Notes: a model not told the origin generated them from the sequence alone. A stretch of DNA of 64,000 nucleotides from Octopus sinensis (GCF_006345805.1 NC_043006.1:77128001-77192000), one strand, 5' to 3'. Shown: positions 25,891 to 38,806, counted from the stretch's first letter. Numbers and translations are program-made.

Positions 25891-28311
25891 TACATGTGCG
25901 CGTGTGTGTGCGTATAATTTACCGAAAGTCCCGCCCAGTGTTGTGTGAGATAATCTCTATGTGAGTAGAGTAGAATTTAATTTACTTTGGACACATGCTA
26001 ATGGAAAATATCCATGTTCTTCGCTGTGTGAGACTCCATATATTCCAATCTAAAACTTTCGTATGCAAAATATAAGCAACTGCAAGTAGAGGAAGAAATG
26101 TGGTGTTATGATAATAACATAAATGTTATTATAGTATAACAGTGTCATGCCATTTTCGTAAAAGATTGGATAACAAACTGAATGACCGCATATAAGTGTT
26201 ATCTATGTATATTCACATCTCTCAAAAATGATTATAATTGAATAAACGTTACGAAGTGCTCAGCATAGTTATTAAATATTTACATATTCCAACAAATGTT
26301 AAATTTAATCAGATTACGCTTTTGTATCAAGTTAATGAGCACTCACGTGGCATTTATATTTAAATATCAATAAAAAGAGAATTTTATGCAGTAAAAGATT
26401 TAGAGGAATACCCGCTGCGTTCCTAGATCGAATTATTGCAGCCCATAAATTTCTCCTAATCCATTTGTATATTGTGTATGCTTATCATTTAAGCAATAGT
26501 GTGCATGATTCAAATTAGCGCAACTGCTGCACTGATGATCACCAATGACGCAGAAACACGTATCTACAACCTTCACTTATCTCGAGACGCGATAAAATAT
26601 TTTTCTTCGTAGCAGTCCCGGACATCTATTGTTTCTTCAGATTATCGACTCCACTCCTTTTGAGAATGTCGCGATTCGGGCAAGACGTTCGTTTACCGTC
26701 TCTCAGCGTGTAACAAAATTTAATAAATTAATATTTTAGAATTCACCTTTCTGCGCTCTTGTTGTTGAAATCGATACAACTGACAACTCTCAGATATATC
26801 TTTCACACACCCACGCACACGCACACACACACATACGCTCACTCAAACTAAAACAAACACAAACACACATATACATATATATATATATACGTCTATCTGT
26901 AACCCTCCTTCGCTCTATCAATTTCTCTTTCTCACTCTCTCCAACTGTCTGTCTCTCTCATGCCCTTAATGTATATGTATATATGTACGTATATGTATAT
27001 ATGTGTGTATCTATACATACGTCTGTGTATATATATGTATGTGTGTGTGTATACCAGCATGGAAGGGGAACGTTAAACAATGGTTATACATACACACATA
27101 TACTCACATACACACACACACATATATATATATATATAATGAATACATATACATACGGACACAAATGTATATATCCACTTACATAAACGTGTGTACGTAC
27201 GTACACGTCTTCCCCAAATTCCATCGTTTCTACTTTTTAGTACTTTTTATTGTTTGTCTTTTGCAATTTTCCTTTTTTCACAGTTTAATTAATTTATTTA
27301 TTTCTAATAGTTTCTCTTGTTTCATTTGTTCATACTTCTGTTCCTACTTTTTTCTCATTCTTTCATTATTTCTGCTTCTCGATCTGACTGACTTTCATTC
27401 CATTTTCTTTTATTGTACCATCTCTTTCATAAACTGAAAAAAAAAAAATCTCTTCCTCTCTCACCTCTCTTCCCACATTCCTTCTACCTCCCCCTCTCTC
27501 TCTCTCTCTTTCGTTGTTTAGTAATTAGTTTTTTCTTTATTCTTCTCCTAAATTCATGTTTCACCTGCTTTTCTAATTTCCCTCTGTGGTATAATGTGTT
27601 ATGTTAGTGACTTTTATTGTTTATTTTCAAACTCTTTATATTCAGTTGATTGCTTGGACAGACAAAAATAAACATAGAAAGAAATGATAAACACCATAAA
27701 CAAACAAGAAAAGAAAAGAAGATTACGAATACAAATAGTATTTAAACCACCCTTACCATTACAGGCACAAACTACTAAGCCATCTCAGACAGCAATGTAA
27801 ACCACAATTATAAATACCAACAATAGCTAACACCACTACAAACAGAAGCATAAAAGAACCACACACATAACCGCCATTGCTAACAATGTTTAAACCACTG
27901 ATAGCATTAAATGTACCAAAAGTATCACGTTTGCTAATAACAGCCATTTCACCAAAAGCCACATTAACAACAATAGCAACAACAACATTAAAACCAAACA
28001 ACAAAATTATTTAACCAGAGAGTCCCTCCGTGCTACTAATAGCAACAAAATATTTCTGAAATCCCACATTGCCGCCTTGAATAAGGCAATGACCGGTTTA
28101 TGAGCGTTATGTTGATTACAGCGACCAAACGGATAACCTGCACATTGAATTACGTCACAAAAAGGACTGAATTAATTCTCAGATAAAAACCAACGTGACA
28201 CACTTTACATCGCATCTGGACAATTGAATTATAGTCATAGTGCATCCGATGGGCTTCTCCATACTTTCCGTCTGTCTAAATTCAATCATGATGCTCTCGA
28301 TGATCTAATAT

Positions 28312-28592
28312 ATTTCTGCTACTAGACGTTGGGCATGCTGGATGAAATACTCCATGAAGTGTTCTGTCGACCAAAGCACCTCAAACCCGACTAATTCATT
28401 TAAGCCTGATAGTTATTGTACCGCCCCTTTGGGGCTTGTTAGCACATTAGTTCGTGTGTTTTGTTCTGAACCTCGTATTTGATTTTGTATTTATACTTTT
28501 AGCTTATAGGTTTAATCTGTGGCACGATCTGTGTCCTATCCACTTTACAGGATGGAGCTGGAGCAGAGGGTGGATTCCTCTGCATTGACATT
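28312..28592. repeat. Unclassified about 285-bp dispersed repeat, copy 1
   Basis: Colinear, same-orientation similarity to 31203-31496. Confidence 0.85.
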
Positions 28593-29188
28593 ATGGGAAC
28601 AGCACTTTTTCCATAATTTCAATATGTGGGATCAAGCCCGGAAACTTATGCTTGCAAAGGTTAATTATCTACTGTTTTAGCAATGCGGGTATCGATGAAA
28701 TAAGGAATTTCAGTACACAGTTATCTTTTGGAAAGACACGTTGTTTATTAATGTATAGTCCCGACCGAGAAATAAATTACTGTTATTGATTACTGTTCCA
28801 TCAATCCATCACACAGCCTGGATCTATTTTCTAACCCCGAAATCCCTGTGGCATATTTCAGGCGTAAATTGAACTCAGCGAGTCCAGTGAATCGGAATAG
28901 ATATCTAGAAGTATTTCATTGGACAGCTTCACGACTCTGTCATTTCAGCGTTTTTCGGTAATACGCTGCCGCAAAGTAAAAATAATTAAGTTCTTATCAA
29001 GTTGATATAATATAAAACTCATGACTCAATTTTCGAATAATTCTATGTATATATGTGTGTGTTTCTGTGTGTATGCGTGTGTGTGTGCGTTTGTGTGTGT
29101 GTATGCGTGTGTGTGTGCGTTTGTGTGTGTGCGTTGTGGTGTGTGTGTGTGTGTGCGTGTGTGTGTGTGTGCGTGAGTGTGTGTGTGT

Positions 29189-29237
<49 letters not shown>

Positions 29238-29857
29238 GGAGTTAAAAACGATTATGATATTTAAAGCATTTGATACGTGACATAACTTTCAGGTAATTTC
29301 AGAACAGACCGTAGGAAAATTTTCCATTACTCAAGTTCTTTATCAGTTAATACATTTCAAAGTATTTTCAAATGTATTAACTGAGAACGGCCTTGCGTAA
29401 GGGAAGAATTTCCTATTGCTTCTTACGTAATGATCTAAAACGTACATATTAAATTCTTTCAGAATATCATTATTTGGTTTGACTTCGTTCTTGCTCTATA
29501 TACGACTCGATGCCTGAACAAACTGCCCTATCACATTTCCATTATTATTTTGAGATAAAATTTTTCACTCGTTAGTAATTTAACACTGCTTTGTTGTGTA
29601 GTTGAGCTAGCTTGGTTATATGCATACACGCTGTTTTGTTAGTGTGTCTATGTGAATTATCATACGTCCGTCTGTATTCGTCTATTCATGAGTACGTCTG
29701 TGTTTTTATTTGGACGCGTATGTTACATTTTAAAGTCTGTTTTTACTTTGTATTATTGTATGAGTCCTTTTAAGTTGTTTGTTTGTACGTTATGTACATA
29801 TATACGCGAGTGTGCGTTCGTGCGCCAGTCTATATATATATATATATATATATATAA

Positions 29858-30268
29858 CGGGAAGGTTTACGAAAATAAACAAAAGGCGAAAGCAGGTTTA
29901 CGAAAGTAAACAAAAGACGAAGGCAGGTGGAGTACAAACAAACAATGTATATATATATAATTATTTAAAAAATTTGTATATATTTATTTTATCATAAATG
30001 CAAAATAACACCTCGGAGGAATCGATGTAAGCTTACGTAATAAACTGTGATAGGTGAACGTGATATAGCGAGGCATTACTGTATATCCGCATACATCATA
30101 TGAATATATAGCCCCTACACGCAATTTTTTTCTCTCCTTGTTTCTTTTCTGTGTATCTTTCTGTCGAAGAGCGTAGGCTCGAAACGTAAAAGACTTGTTT
30201 TATTTCTATTCCTGAGCGCCATACCAATACATTGTTTGTTTGTACTCCACCTGCCTTCGTCTTTTGTT
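29858..30268 (+). mobile_element. PLE-type terminal repeat with short inverted copy of its 3' end
   Basis: About 29909-29950 is the reverse complement of 30228-30268. Contains an HHR-like motif. Related copy at about 56370-56535. Confidence 0.6.
30156..30193 (+). ncRNA. Very small hammerhead variant (A6U core, ACGU stem III)
   Basis: TCTTT-CTGTCGA-A-GAGC gtag GCTC-GAAA-CGT-A-AAAGA: 5-bp stem I, 4-bp stem II. Confidence 0.6.
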
Positions 30269-31202
30269 CCTACTTCGCAGATTTTCAACTATCGCAGGCC
30301 GGGGTGTTTGAAACGTAACACCCGCGATAATCGAGGGTTTGCTGAATTTGTATTAATTGGATGACTATGTTTGTGTATGTGTGTGTGTGTGTTAACCGAT
30401 ATTCATTTGTTTTTGTTTGCGTGTCTACATGTTCTGTATGCCTTTTATCGCGCGCACGTGTGATGGTGCGTATGATTTCTGTATGCTTGAGCTGATGCGG
30501 TTGTAGTTCATCAAAGATGTGACTGCTGGAATGAGAAGGTTCTCATCAGGACTCAGTCGGGATCACTCCCACCTAAGTAAACTTGAACGTGAAACGGATT
30601 GCCTTGCTCAAGTACCGAACCTATGCCCTTACTATCATGAGCTAAATACTCTACCACAGCCACAGGACTTACAAATTTTCATATACTGAACATACACGGC
30701 TTATGATTCACCATCTCGATGCTTAATAAACTCTCCGCTGGATAACCTAATGCTAATGCTACCATTGTCCAGTAGACCTATGATCAAACATTTTTAGACT
30801 GGCCTCACCTGCACTGTGTTTAATTCTTTTAAATAGTTGGCTGGAATTAGAAATAGTCTTCACTGCTAATTATCTAGCATGTCGACCTACTTTGTAAAAC
30901 ACTAGTTTCTGACTTTCAACGATCTTGGCCCAATTTAAAAAATCGATAATGGTCGGTGACCTATTTTTAACTTTTTAAACTACGAAAAAACGATTTTTTT
31001 GTATAAATAAAGAGAAAACGAATCCTTCCGGAAATTTGATACAGTAGTAATACTTGATACTTTATTTGAAGAAATATTGTCCATTAAAAAAGAATATTAA
31101 AAAAGATTATTTTTCTTTAATTTTGAAGACGTTTTGCTGTAAATATGGCCCTTAAGACAATAACCTATTATAAAACGTTCTTCAACTGGTGTTCTTTAAT
31201 AA

Positions 31203-31496
31203 ATTTCTGCTACCAGACAGTGGGCATACTGCACGGAATACTCCATGGAATCCTAAAGTGTTCTGTCGCTCAAAGCATCTGAAACCCGACTAATTCACTT
31301 AAGCCTGATAGCTGTTGCAACGCCCCTTTAGGCCTTGTTAGCATATTAGTTCGTTTTCTTTTATTTGTTCTGAACAACGTGTTTGATTTTATGTTTATAC
31401 ATTTAGCTTATAGGTTTAATCCGTGGCACGATCAGTGTCCTATCCACTTCACAGGATGGGGCTTGACCAAAGGGTGGATTCCACTGCATTGACATT
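31203..31496. repeat. Unclassified dispersed repeat, copy 2
   Basis: Homologous to 28312-28592. Confidence 0.85.
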
Positions 31497-31809
31497 TGCT
31501 GATAATATTTTAATTACCAATTACTTAATTTATTTTTCATACTGGTTTATCATACTCACACTTGTTGATAATATTGTGTTTAACCTTTAATTTATTTCTC
31601 CGCTGTGTTGTTTTAATAGGGTGGAAGTGCTGTGATCAAAGTATCCACAGTTAGAGATCCAGGGCACGGAGTCGAATGGTTAGCATTGACAAGTGTCGTT
31701 AATATTACGTTTGACGTTTTATTGATTTGTTTACTCTGTTTAGTCGGGAAAAGGGAAGACGACATTCATATCATTCATACTTGTCAATATTATATGTACA
31801 ATTACAGAA

Positions 31810-31882
31810 GCCCGGCTAGCTCAGTCGGTAGAGCACGAGACTCTTAATCTCGGGGTCGTGGGTTCGAGCCCCACGTTGGGCG
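31810..31882 (+). tRNA. trnK-CTT: tRNA-Lys (anticodon CTT)
   Basis: 73-nt canonical cloverleaf GCCCGGCTAGCTCAGTCGGTAGAGC...CGAGA-CT-CTT-AA-TCTCG...GGTTCGAGCCCCACGTTGGGCG with intact A and B boxes. Confidence 0.97.
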
Positions 31883-31889
31883 GATGCTA

Positions 31890-31898
31890 TTTTTTTTT
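31890..31898 (+). terminator. Pol III terminator (T9)
   Basis: T run 7 nt after the tRNA. Confidence 0.85.
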
Positions 31899-31901
31899 CT
31901 T

Positions 31902-32078
31902 TGATTAGCGGCATTTCGTCTGTTTTTACCTTCTGAGTTCAAATTCCACCGGGATCGACATTGCCTTTCTTCCTTTCGGGGTAGCTAAAATGAGTACCAG
32001 TTGAGCACTGGAGTCGATGAAATCAACTTAATCCCTTTGTCTGTCCTTGTTTGTCCTCTCTATGGGCAATAAAGAAAT
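31902..32078 (+). mobile_element. SINE family B, 5'-truncated
   Basis: ctgagttcaaattccacc...gcctttcttcctttcgggg core, ending aataaagaaata. Confidence 0.85.
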
Positions 32079-32103
32079 ATTTATTATATGTAAAACTATA
32101 GAA

Positions 32104-32176
32104 GCCCGGCTAGCTCAGTCGGTAGAGCACGAGACTCTTAATCTCGGGGTCGTGGGTTCGAGCCCCACGTTGGGCG
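32104..32176 (+). tRNA. trnK-CTT: tRNA-Lys (anticodon CTT), second identical copy
   Basis: Identical to 31810-31882. Confidence 0.97.
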
Positions 32177-32184
32177 AACGCTTG

Positions 32185-32204
32185 TTTTCCTTTTTTTTTT
32201 TTTT
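32185..32204 (+). terminator. Pol III terminator (T4 CC T14)
   Basis: T runs right after the tRNA. Confidence 0.85.
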
Positions 32205-32560
32205 GATTGAGGGCATTTCGTCTGTCTACCTTCTGAGTTCAAATTCCTCCGGGATCGACTTTGCCTTTCATTCTTTCGGGGTCGCTAAAATAAGTATCAG
32301 TTGAGCTCTGGGGTCGATGTAATCGTCTTAACTCCCTCCTACGGACTTGATGTCGTTGTGTCAAATCTGAGACCAATTTTAAGGCGGCGAGTTGGTGGAA
32401 TTGTTAGCACGCCGAGTAAAATGCTTAGGCTCATTGCGTCCGTCTTTAAGTTCAGAATTCAAATTTCACCGAAGTCAACTTTGCCTTTCAATCTTTTAGG
32501 GATCTATAAAATACCTGAGAGTTGAAAACTGAGATCGATATAATTTTTAGCCTTGTGCCT
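32204..32560 (+). mobile_element. Two SINE family B copies (truncated 32204-32339; full head from 32381)
   Basis: Family B core twice. Head aaggcggcgagttgg at 32381. Confidence 0.8.
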
Positions 32561-32625
32561 AATTTTGGAATCTATATTATGTTTAAATCTATAAACTCTA
32601 GGGGCATGTAAAGTTTATAGATGCT

Positions 32626-32930
32626 GTCCTCCACGCGCTTGTACAGGTCTCTAGTATTGAAGACTTTTGGAGTTATGTCGAACAGCTGTTATGATATGTA
32701 GGATGGACCCTGCAATCGGCCACCTCCATCGTGAAGATCGATCTACTACTTTCCCTCTGTAGGCGAAAGAGTTGAAGATTGATATTTTCCTCACCGAAGG
32801 TTTCAGTGATTTTTAAAGATTTCATTTGAAAACAAGGTGAACATTAAGAAGGATGTGCTTCTACCTCAAATTATCTTGTCTTTAGAAAGGTGGGTGAATG
32901 CAGCGAGAATGCTCCGAATTTTGTGGGTTC
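32626..32930 (+). pseudogene. Degraded 3' end of the L1/Tx1-like family found at 35587-37040
   Basis: VLHALVQVSSIEDFWSYVEQLL*YVG...SATSIVKI and LERWVNAARM align with TVLYALVQCSNISDLWACVERLLSRVG...SAESIVNI and KRWMNVPRM. Confidence 0.75.
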
Positions 32931-33732
32931 TAATTTGGCCCCTGTAGGCTAAGAACTAATGGGGAGATAGGATCTTTGTCTTGCTACTCCTAGTGTGGCT
33001 CGGGATCTGTGGGGTTTCTTGGGTTCCCCTGCTTATAGATTGACATGGAGTGTCGATACATTATGTGAGTAGAGGTGCGTGAGTGGTGAGTACCTGGGTG
33101 GCAGAGATTCACAAGTCATTTCAAGTTAACTATCGCTAGTGATCTCATAATCTCTACTACTACCACCACCATCCTTGTCATGTCTACTATTACTTCTACT
33201 GCCACAACTGTGACTGCTGCTGCTGATACTACTACAAATACTAGTACTACTGTTACTCCTGCCACTATGGCTACTACAGTAAAGAGTACTACTACTTCAG
33301 TCACAATTTCAATCTACTGCATCTACTATTCACCACTACTACTGCTGCTGCTGCTGCTGCTTCTGCCACTGCTGCTGCTATTGCTACTGTTAGTACTACA
33401 ACATATGATAAAGCAGGTATGAAATGCGTTACATTAATAAATGTTTTGAGGGGAGATGATCCGAAATCGTATGCGATAAGATGAAATTACCTTGCAGCTA
33501 CCCCCTACGGGGAAATTCAAAGTCAATTACGTCATAACGCGCCGTTTAATCCGAATGCGATTTCAAGTTACCAAGAGATAATGTGAACTGGGCGTCATAT
33601 CAAATCGCTCCACCGGCTCGCATGCTCAATCTATTTTAATTATATTTCTTTGCATATTAAAATTACGTCGTGTAACGACACTTATAAATGCAAATCAGCC
33701 GTAACAAGATATTTGCATTCATAGCTTCATAT

Positions 33733-33954
33733 TCTTTTAATCTTTTACTTGTTTCAATCATTTGGCTGGGACCATACTGGAGCACCGCCTCTTAGTAGAA
33801 GAAAGTGACCCCTGGACTTATACTTTGTAAGCCTGGTACTTATTTTATCGGTCTTTTCAACCGAACTAGTGAATTGCGGAGACGTAAGCACACCAACATC
33901 GGTTATGAAGCGAGATGGGGTTGGACAAACACAGACTCAACGACACACACATAA

Positions 33955-33991
<37 letters not shown>

Positions 33992-34142
33992 CGAGGAGGC
34001 TTCTTTCATTTTCCGTTTACCATATCCACTTACAAGGCTTTGATCGGCCCGAGTGTATAGTGGGGGGGGGGCACTTGACAAAGGTGTCATGCAGTGGAAC
34101 TGAACCCGGAAGCTTCCTACTACACAGCCGCGCCTGCGCCTA
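33733..34142 (-). mobile_element. SINE family A (internally deleted head)
   Basis: Reverse match to family A. Confidence 0.85.
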
Positions 34143-34185
34143 TGTTCATATGTTCATCTTCCGCCAAAATTTCATATATTCATAT

Positions 34186-34593
34186 CTCTCTTTACTCTTT
34201 ACTCTTTTACTTGTTTCAGTCATTTGACTGCGGCCATGCTGGAGCACCGCCTTTAGTCGAGCAAATCGACCCCGGACTTATTCTTTTTGTAAGCCCAGTA
34301 CTTATTCTATCGGTCTCTTTTTGCCGAACCGCTAAGTGACGGGGACATAAACACACCAGCATCGGTTGTCAAGCAATGCTAGGGGGATAAACACAGACAC
34401 ACAAACACACACACACATGTACATATACATATATACGACAGGCTTCTTTCAGTTTCCGTCTACCAAATCCACTCACAAGGCATTGGTCGGCCCAGGGCTA
34501 TAGCAGAAGACACTTGCCCAAGATGCCACGCAGTGGGACTGAACCCGGAACCATGTGGTTGGTTAGCAAGCTACTTACCACACAGCCACTCCT
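34186..34593 (-). mobile_element. SINE family A (young, full length)
   Basis: Reverse match to family A, very similar to 48764-49185. Confidence 0.92.
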
Positions 34594-34824
34594 TCTTTCT
34601 TTCAAATAACAGTTAAGTCTCTTCCTACTAGATTTTCAAAAAATCATTGTATTCTATTCTTATTATCGTTCGTGATAATTAATCGGTCCTTGAGTGCGCA
34701 TCTTTTAGAATCATTTAATTAATATATTATCTTTAATCTCTTTACTTACACTGACTTCTTAATATCAACAATTTCACGCATATCTGTGTGTGTGTGTGTG
34801 TGTATGTGTGAGTGTGTGTGTGTA

Positions 34825-34886
<62 letters not shown>

Positions 34887-35110
34887 GGTTTTGCTTAGAC
34901 ACTGCGATACTACTTGCCGATTGTTAGAACTTATTATATTTAGCATTTAGACTAAAGACATCACGTGATTACGGTGCGTAATATCAATTAAAGAAAGGCA
35001 TAAAACAGGAGTAATGTAAGCACCTTCATTAGCTTACAGATGTATCTGCTTTAAGAAGTAATGCTGAGTTCTTTTGTAATAACCTACACGTAGCTAGAGA
35101 AACTACTTAA

Positions 35111-35586
<476 letters not shown>

Positions 35587-37040
35587 TTCTTTATTGGCCA
35601 CGCAGGGACGAACACAGAGAGGATAATACAATGTAGAAATTTTCGAAAACTTTCAAAAGGGATTGGAAACATTTTGGGACGTGCACACAAGGAAATAACA
35701 AATGTATCCTTTTTGACAATTAGAGTTCCCAAAAGCGGGGATAAATATAATATTAACTAGGATTATCCGTGGAAAGAAAAGACTACGAAAAAGAATCACG
35801 GTAACCTCGGAAACGAAAAAAAACAACTTAACATTGAGAGCAAAGCGCTGTTTCTCTATTTTATAGGATCATGCTGAAAGTGGTTCCTTCATTCATGCGT
35901 GCCATCCTTGGCACATTCATCCATCTTTTGTTAAACTTTTCATTAGATAAAACATACCTCTATTTTTCACCTTCATTTTCAAGTGATGCTTGAAAAAGTT
36001 GATGAGAGGTTGGCCAGAGAGGAAAGTGTTTGTCTCTAAACCTTTCAAACGAGTCCACCATACACATTCTTTCACTTACATTGAAAACTGCCTTGCCATC
36101 CCTGTTAAAGGAAGGTGGCTGGGCAATATTCACGATGGACTCGGCTGAGAACCGAATTCGTCCCACACGTGACAACAGCCGTTCAACACAGGCCCACAGG
36201 TCTGAAATGTTTGAACATTGCACGAGGGCGTACAGAACGGTTTTGTCGCTCTGACCGCATGTCGGACAGGTCGGTCGGGTTTTTCTTGAAACGTGTCTGA
36301 AGAGTGTATCTCGAACGAACAAGCTTCCCGATAGCACTCCCAGACAAGAGATGTCTGGAAATTGTCCATAGATCGTTGCCCGAAAGCGGTCTTGAATAAG
36401 CAGGTCAACTATTCTTTTCCTTCTCCTGGTTTTCGTGCTTCTTCTGTAATTGTTGTTTTTATTGCTGTTGTTGTTGTTGTTGCTGTTGTTGTTGTTGTTG
36501 TTGTTGTTGGTTGGGGGAGTTGTCTCATCTGTTGGTAGAGCTCTTTTATCTGTTGTGCTGATGGCGGTATGAGTAAGTGCTGGTTTGCTGATGGGTTTTT
36601 GGTTTTGTTGTTGTTGTGTTAATTTACAGTCTATTTCAAGATGGTTTTTGCTACCACATAGGTAGCAACGTGGCCTTCTATCTTCAACGGCCACACGTAG
36701 GGTTGTGCCACCCGGAGGTTGTATTAAATCTGGGAGATTTTCAATCGTCTGATGATTTGCGTGGATTAATAGCTCTAACCGCTGTCCAAACCAGTTTTTC
36801 TGTTTCAGGTAGGCAATTTCTAATATAGTTATTTCTTCTTCAAAATCATAACAGATGGCTGACGCCAGCCATATTTCTATGCCAGGGAGCACATCTTTAA
36901 TTCTTATCTTCGTCACCCGACGGTCGAGGTAAGTGAGATACATTATAAATTCCTCACATTCGAGAGTCTTTGTGGGGAGTTATTTTGTGTGCTCTCGTGT
37001 CGAATCTTTCCTCGATCGTGACAAATTTTTTGTCCATTGC
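35587..37040 (-). mobile_element. Internally deleted L1/Tx1-like non-LTR retrotransposon
   Basis: ORF1-like region (ATG 37037, frameshift about 36976) with CCHC knuckle, joined near 36412 to ORF2 C-terminal zinc-binding region. Native ORF2 stop about 35861. AATAAA at 35590-35595 followed by (TCTA)n. EN and RT are absent. Confidence 0.82.
35960..36943 (-). CDS. Chimeric 327-aa ORF: ORF1 gag-like knuckle fused to ORF2 C-terminal Cys domain
   Basis: CYLCGSKNHLEIDC (CX2CX4HX4C), Asn-rich linker, then LFVRDTLFRH...CPTCGQSDKTVLYALVQC. Confidence 0.65.
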   Translation of the reverse strand: MYLTYLDRRVTKIRIKDVLPGIEIWLASAICYDFEEEITILEIAYLKQKNWFGQRLELLIHANHQTIENLPDLIQPPGGTTLRVAVEDRRPRCYLCGSKNHLEIDCKLTQQQQNQKPISKPALTHTAISTTDKRALPTDETTPPTNNNNNNNNSNNNNNSNKNNNYRRSTKTRRRKRIVDLLIQDRFRATIYGQFPDISCLGVLSGSLFVRDTLFRHVSRKTRPTCPTCGQSDKTVLYALVQCSNISDLWACVERLLSRVGRIRFSAESIVNIAQPPSFNRDGKAVFNVSERMCMVDSFERFRDKHFPLWPTSHQLFQASLENEGEK

Positions 37041-37743
37041 GATATATTTTAAAGCCAATATGGCGCGCAGACACTTCTCAACTATTTGTTGAGTAGCCTG
37101 TTCCAGTCATTTATTTCTTATATTCAGTGTTTATAAATTACGGTTTCTTTTTAATTGTCCTACACAATGGTTTGTGGAAGAGTTTAGGTTTATCTGTCTT
37201 CTTTGTTTAATGTAGGAGTTTTTCTGTTGAGAAGGATACTAGATGTTTGTTTAACCACTAAATAGAAGCAAAATTACTTTGCTCATGTCTGTGGTGGCGG
37301 TGGTGGTGGCAGTGTTGGTGGCAGCGGTGGGGACATGACTTAGACATGTACTCATTTTGTTTGCTTTCTCTTCCGACTCGTTCGGAAAGAACGCCTGCGT
37401 CAATATGTATGTCGTCGTTTTTCCATTGTGTGTGTGTGTGTGTGTGTGAAAGTGAATTGATATTTTTCTTTTTCCTTGTTGTCGGTGGCAACAAAGGAAA
37501 TCCTTCATTGAAATTGATTATTGGGACGCTGTTGGTTTCAGAATGGCTAGCCATTTTTTTTTCCATGAACGAGATTTTGAAGATGCAATTTTCAAATCCC
37601 AAAATTCACCCTTAGCGAAAAACTCGCTCTGGTGAAAGCAGATGTTGTTAAGCACCTCTTTCACAAAAATTATTTGCAAATGCACTGAAACAAACAGATA
37701 CATGTTAAAAGACTTACGGGAGACGACGTGACAACTGCTACTC

Positions 37744-37770
37744 GATAGATAAATAGATAGATAGATAGAC

Positions 37771-37835
<65 letters not shown>
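37744..37835. repeat. (GATA)n array
   Basis: Direct reading. Confidence 0.95.
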
Positions 37836-38749
37836 CAGTAATGCTTCGACATACCAGTTAATTTGTTCCCGGAGACCAATCGTAAAGCAGAACAATAATT
37901 TCCTATAATAACAATGTTATAAATCGTAAAAAATATTTTACTTATAAAATTTATAATACTAGTAAATAAATGGCAATAAAACAAGAGTGGAACGTAAGGA
38001 ATATTATATGTAAAATAAAATAACTGTCAAGATCTTTTATAATAAAAAATATTATCATTATTATTGTTTTCTTAACCACCTTAAATTGCACTAGACTTGT
38101 GCTCACCATCACTTGTAGACTTGATCGCCGATTCATAAGAACTCGTAAGACGGACATACTCTTTTACTTGTTTCATTCATTTGACTGCGGCCATGCTGGA
38201 GCACCGCCTTTAGTCGAGCAAATTGACCCCATGACTTATTCTTTGTAAGTCTAGTACTTAATCTATCGGTCTCACTTGCCGAAACGCTAAGTTACGTGGA
38301 CGCAAATACACCAGCATCGGTTGTCAAGCGATGTGGGGGGGGGGGGCAAATACAAACACACATATATATATATATATATATACATATATGCGACGGGCTT
38401 CTTTCAGTTTCCGTCTACCAAATCCACTCACAAGGCATTGGTCGGCCCGAGGCTATAGTAGAAGGCAGTTGCCCAAGGTGCCACGCAGTGGGACTGAACC
38501 AGGAATCATGTGGTTGGTAAGCCAGCTACTTATCACACAGCCAAAAACGCAAGTCTAGAGTTGTTTGCTTACAAAAAGCTTTTTTTTTTTTGTCGCTCTC
38601 TATGAGTTTCTCGGTAAACACGCAAAAACATTTGTTATGGCAGAAGAAACTTTTGCCCTTCGTTCAAAATTTGAATCTTGTGCTTGAAAAATAAAGATCG
38701 TAAACCTGGGTTCTCGTAGTTCAAGTCCTCGTAAATTGAGGTATTACTG
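37836..38749. mobile_element. pogo/Tigger-like non-autonomous element with nested SINE
   Basis: TA-CAGTAATGCTTCGACATAC ... GTAAATTGAGGTATTACTG-TA (14/19 TIR match). Confidence 0.7.
38157..38543 (-). mobile_element. SINE family A nested in the pogo-like element
   Basis: Reverse match to family A. Confidence 0.9.
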
Positions 38750-38764
38750 TAGATAGATAGATAG

Positions 38765-38806
<42 letters not shown>

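Noticed and set aside
26532-26562. CTGATGA TCA ccaa TGA cgca GAAACACGTA
   Set aside because: Stem II does not close next to GAAA and there is no stem I; kept only as a possible relic.
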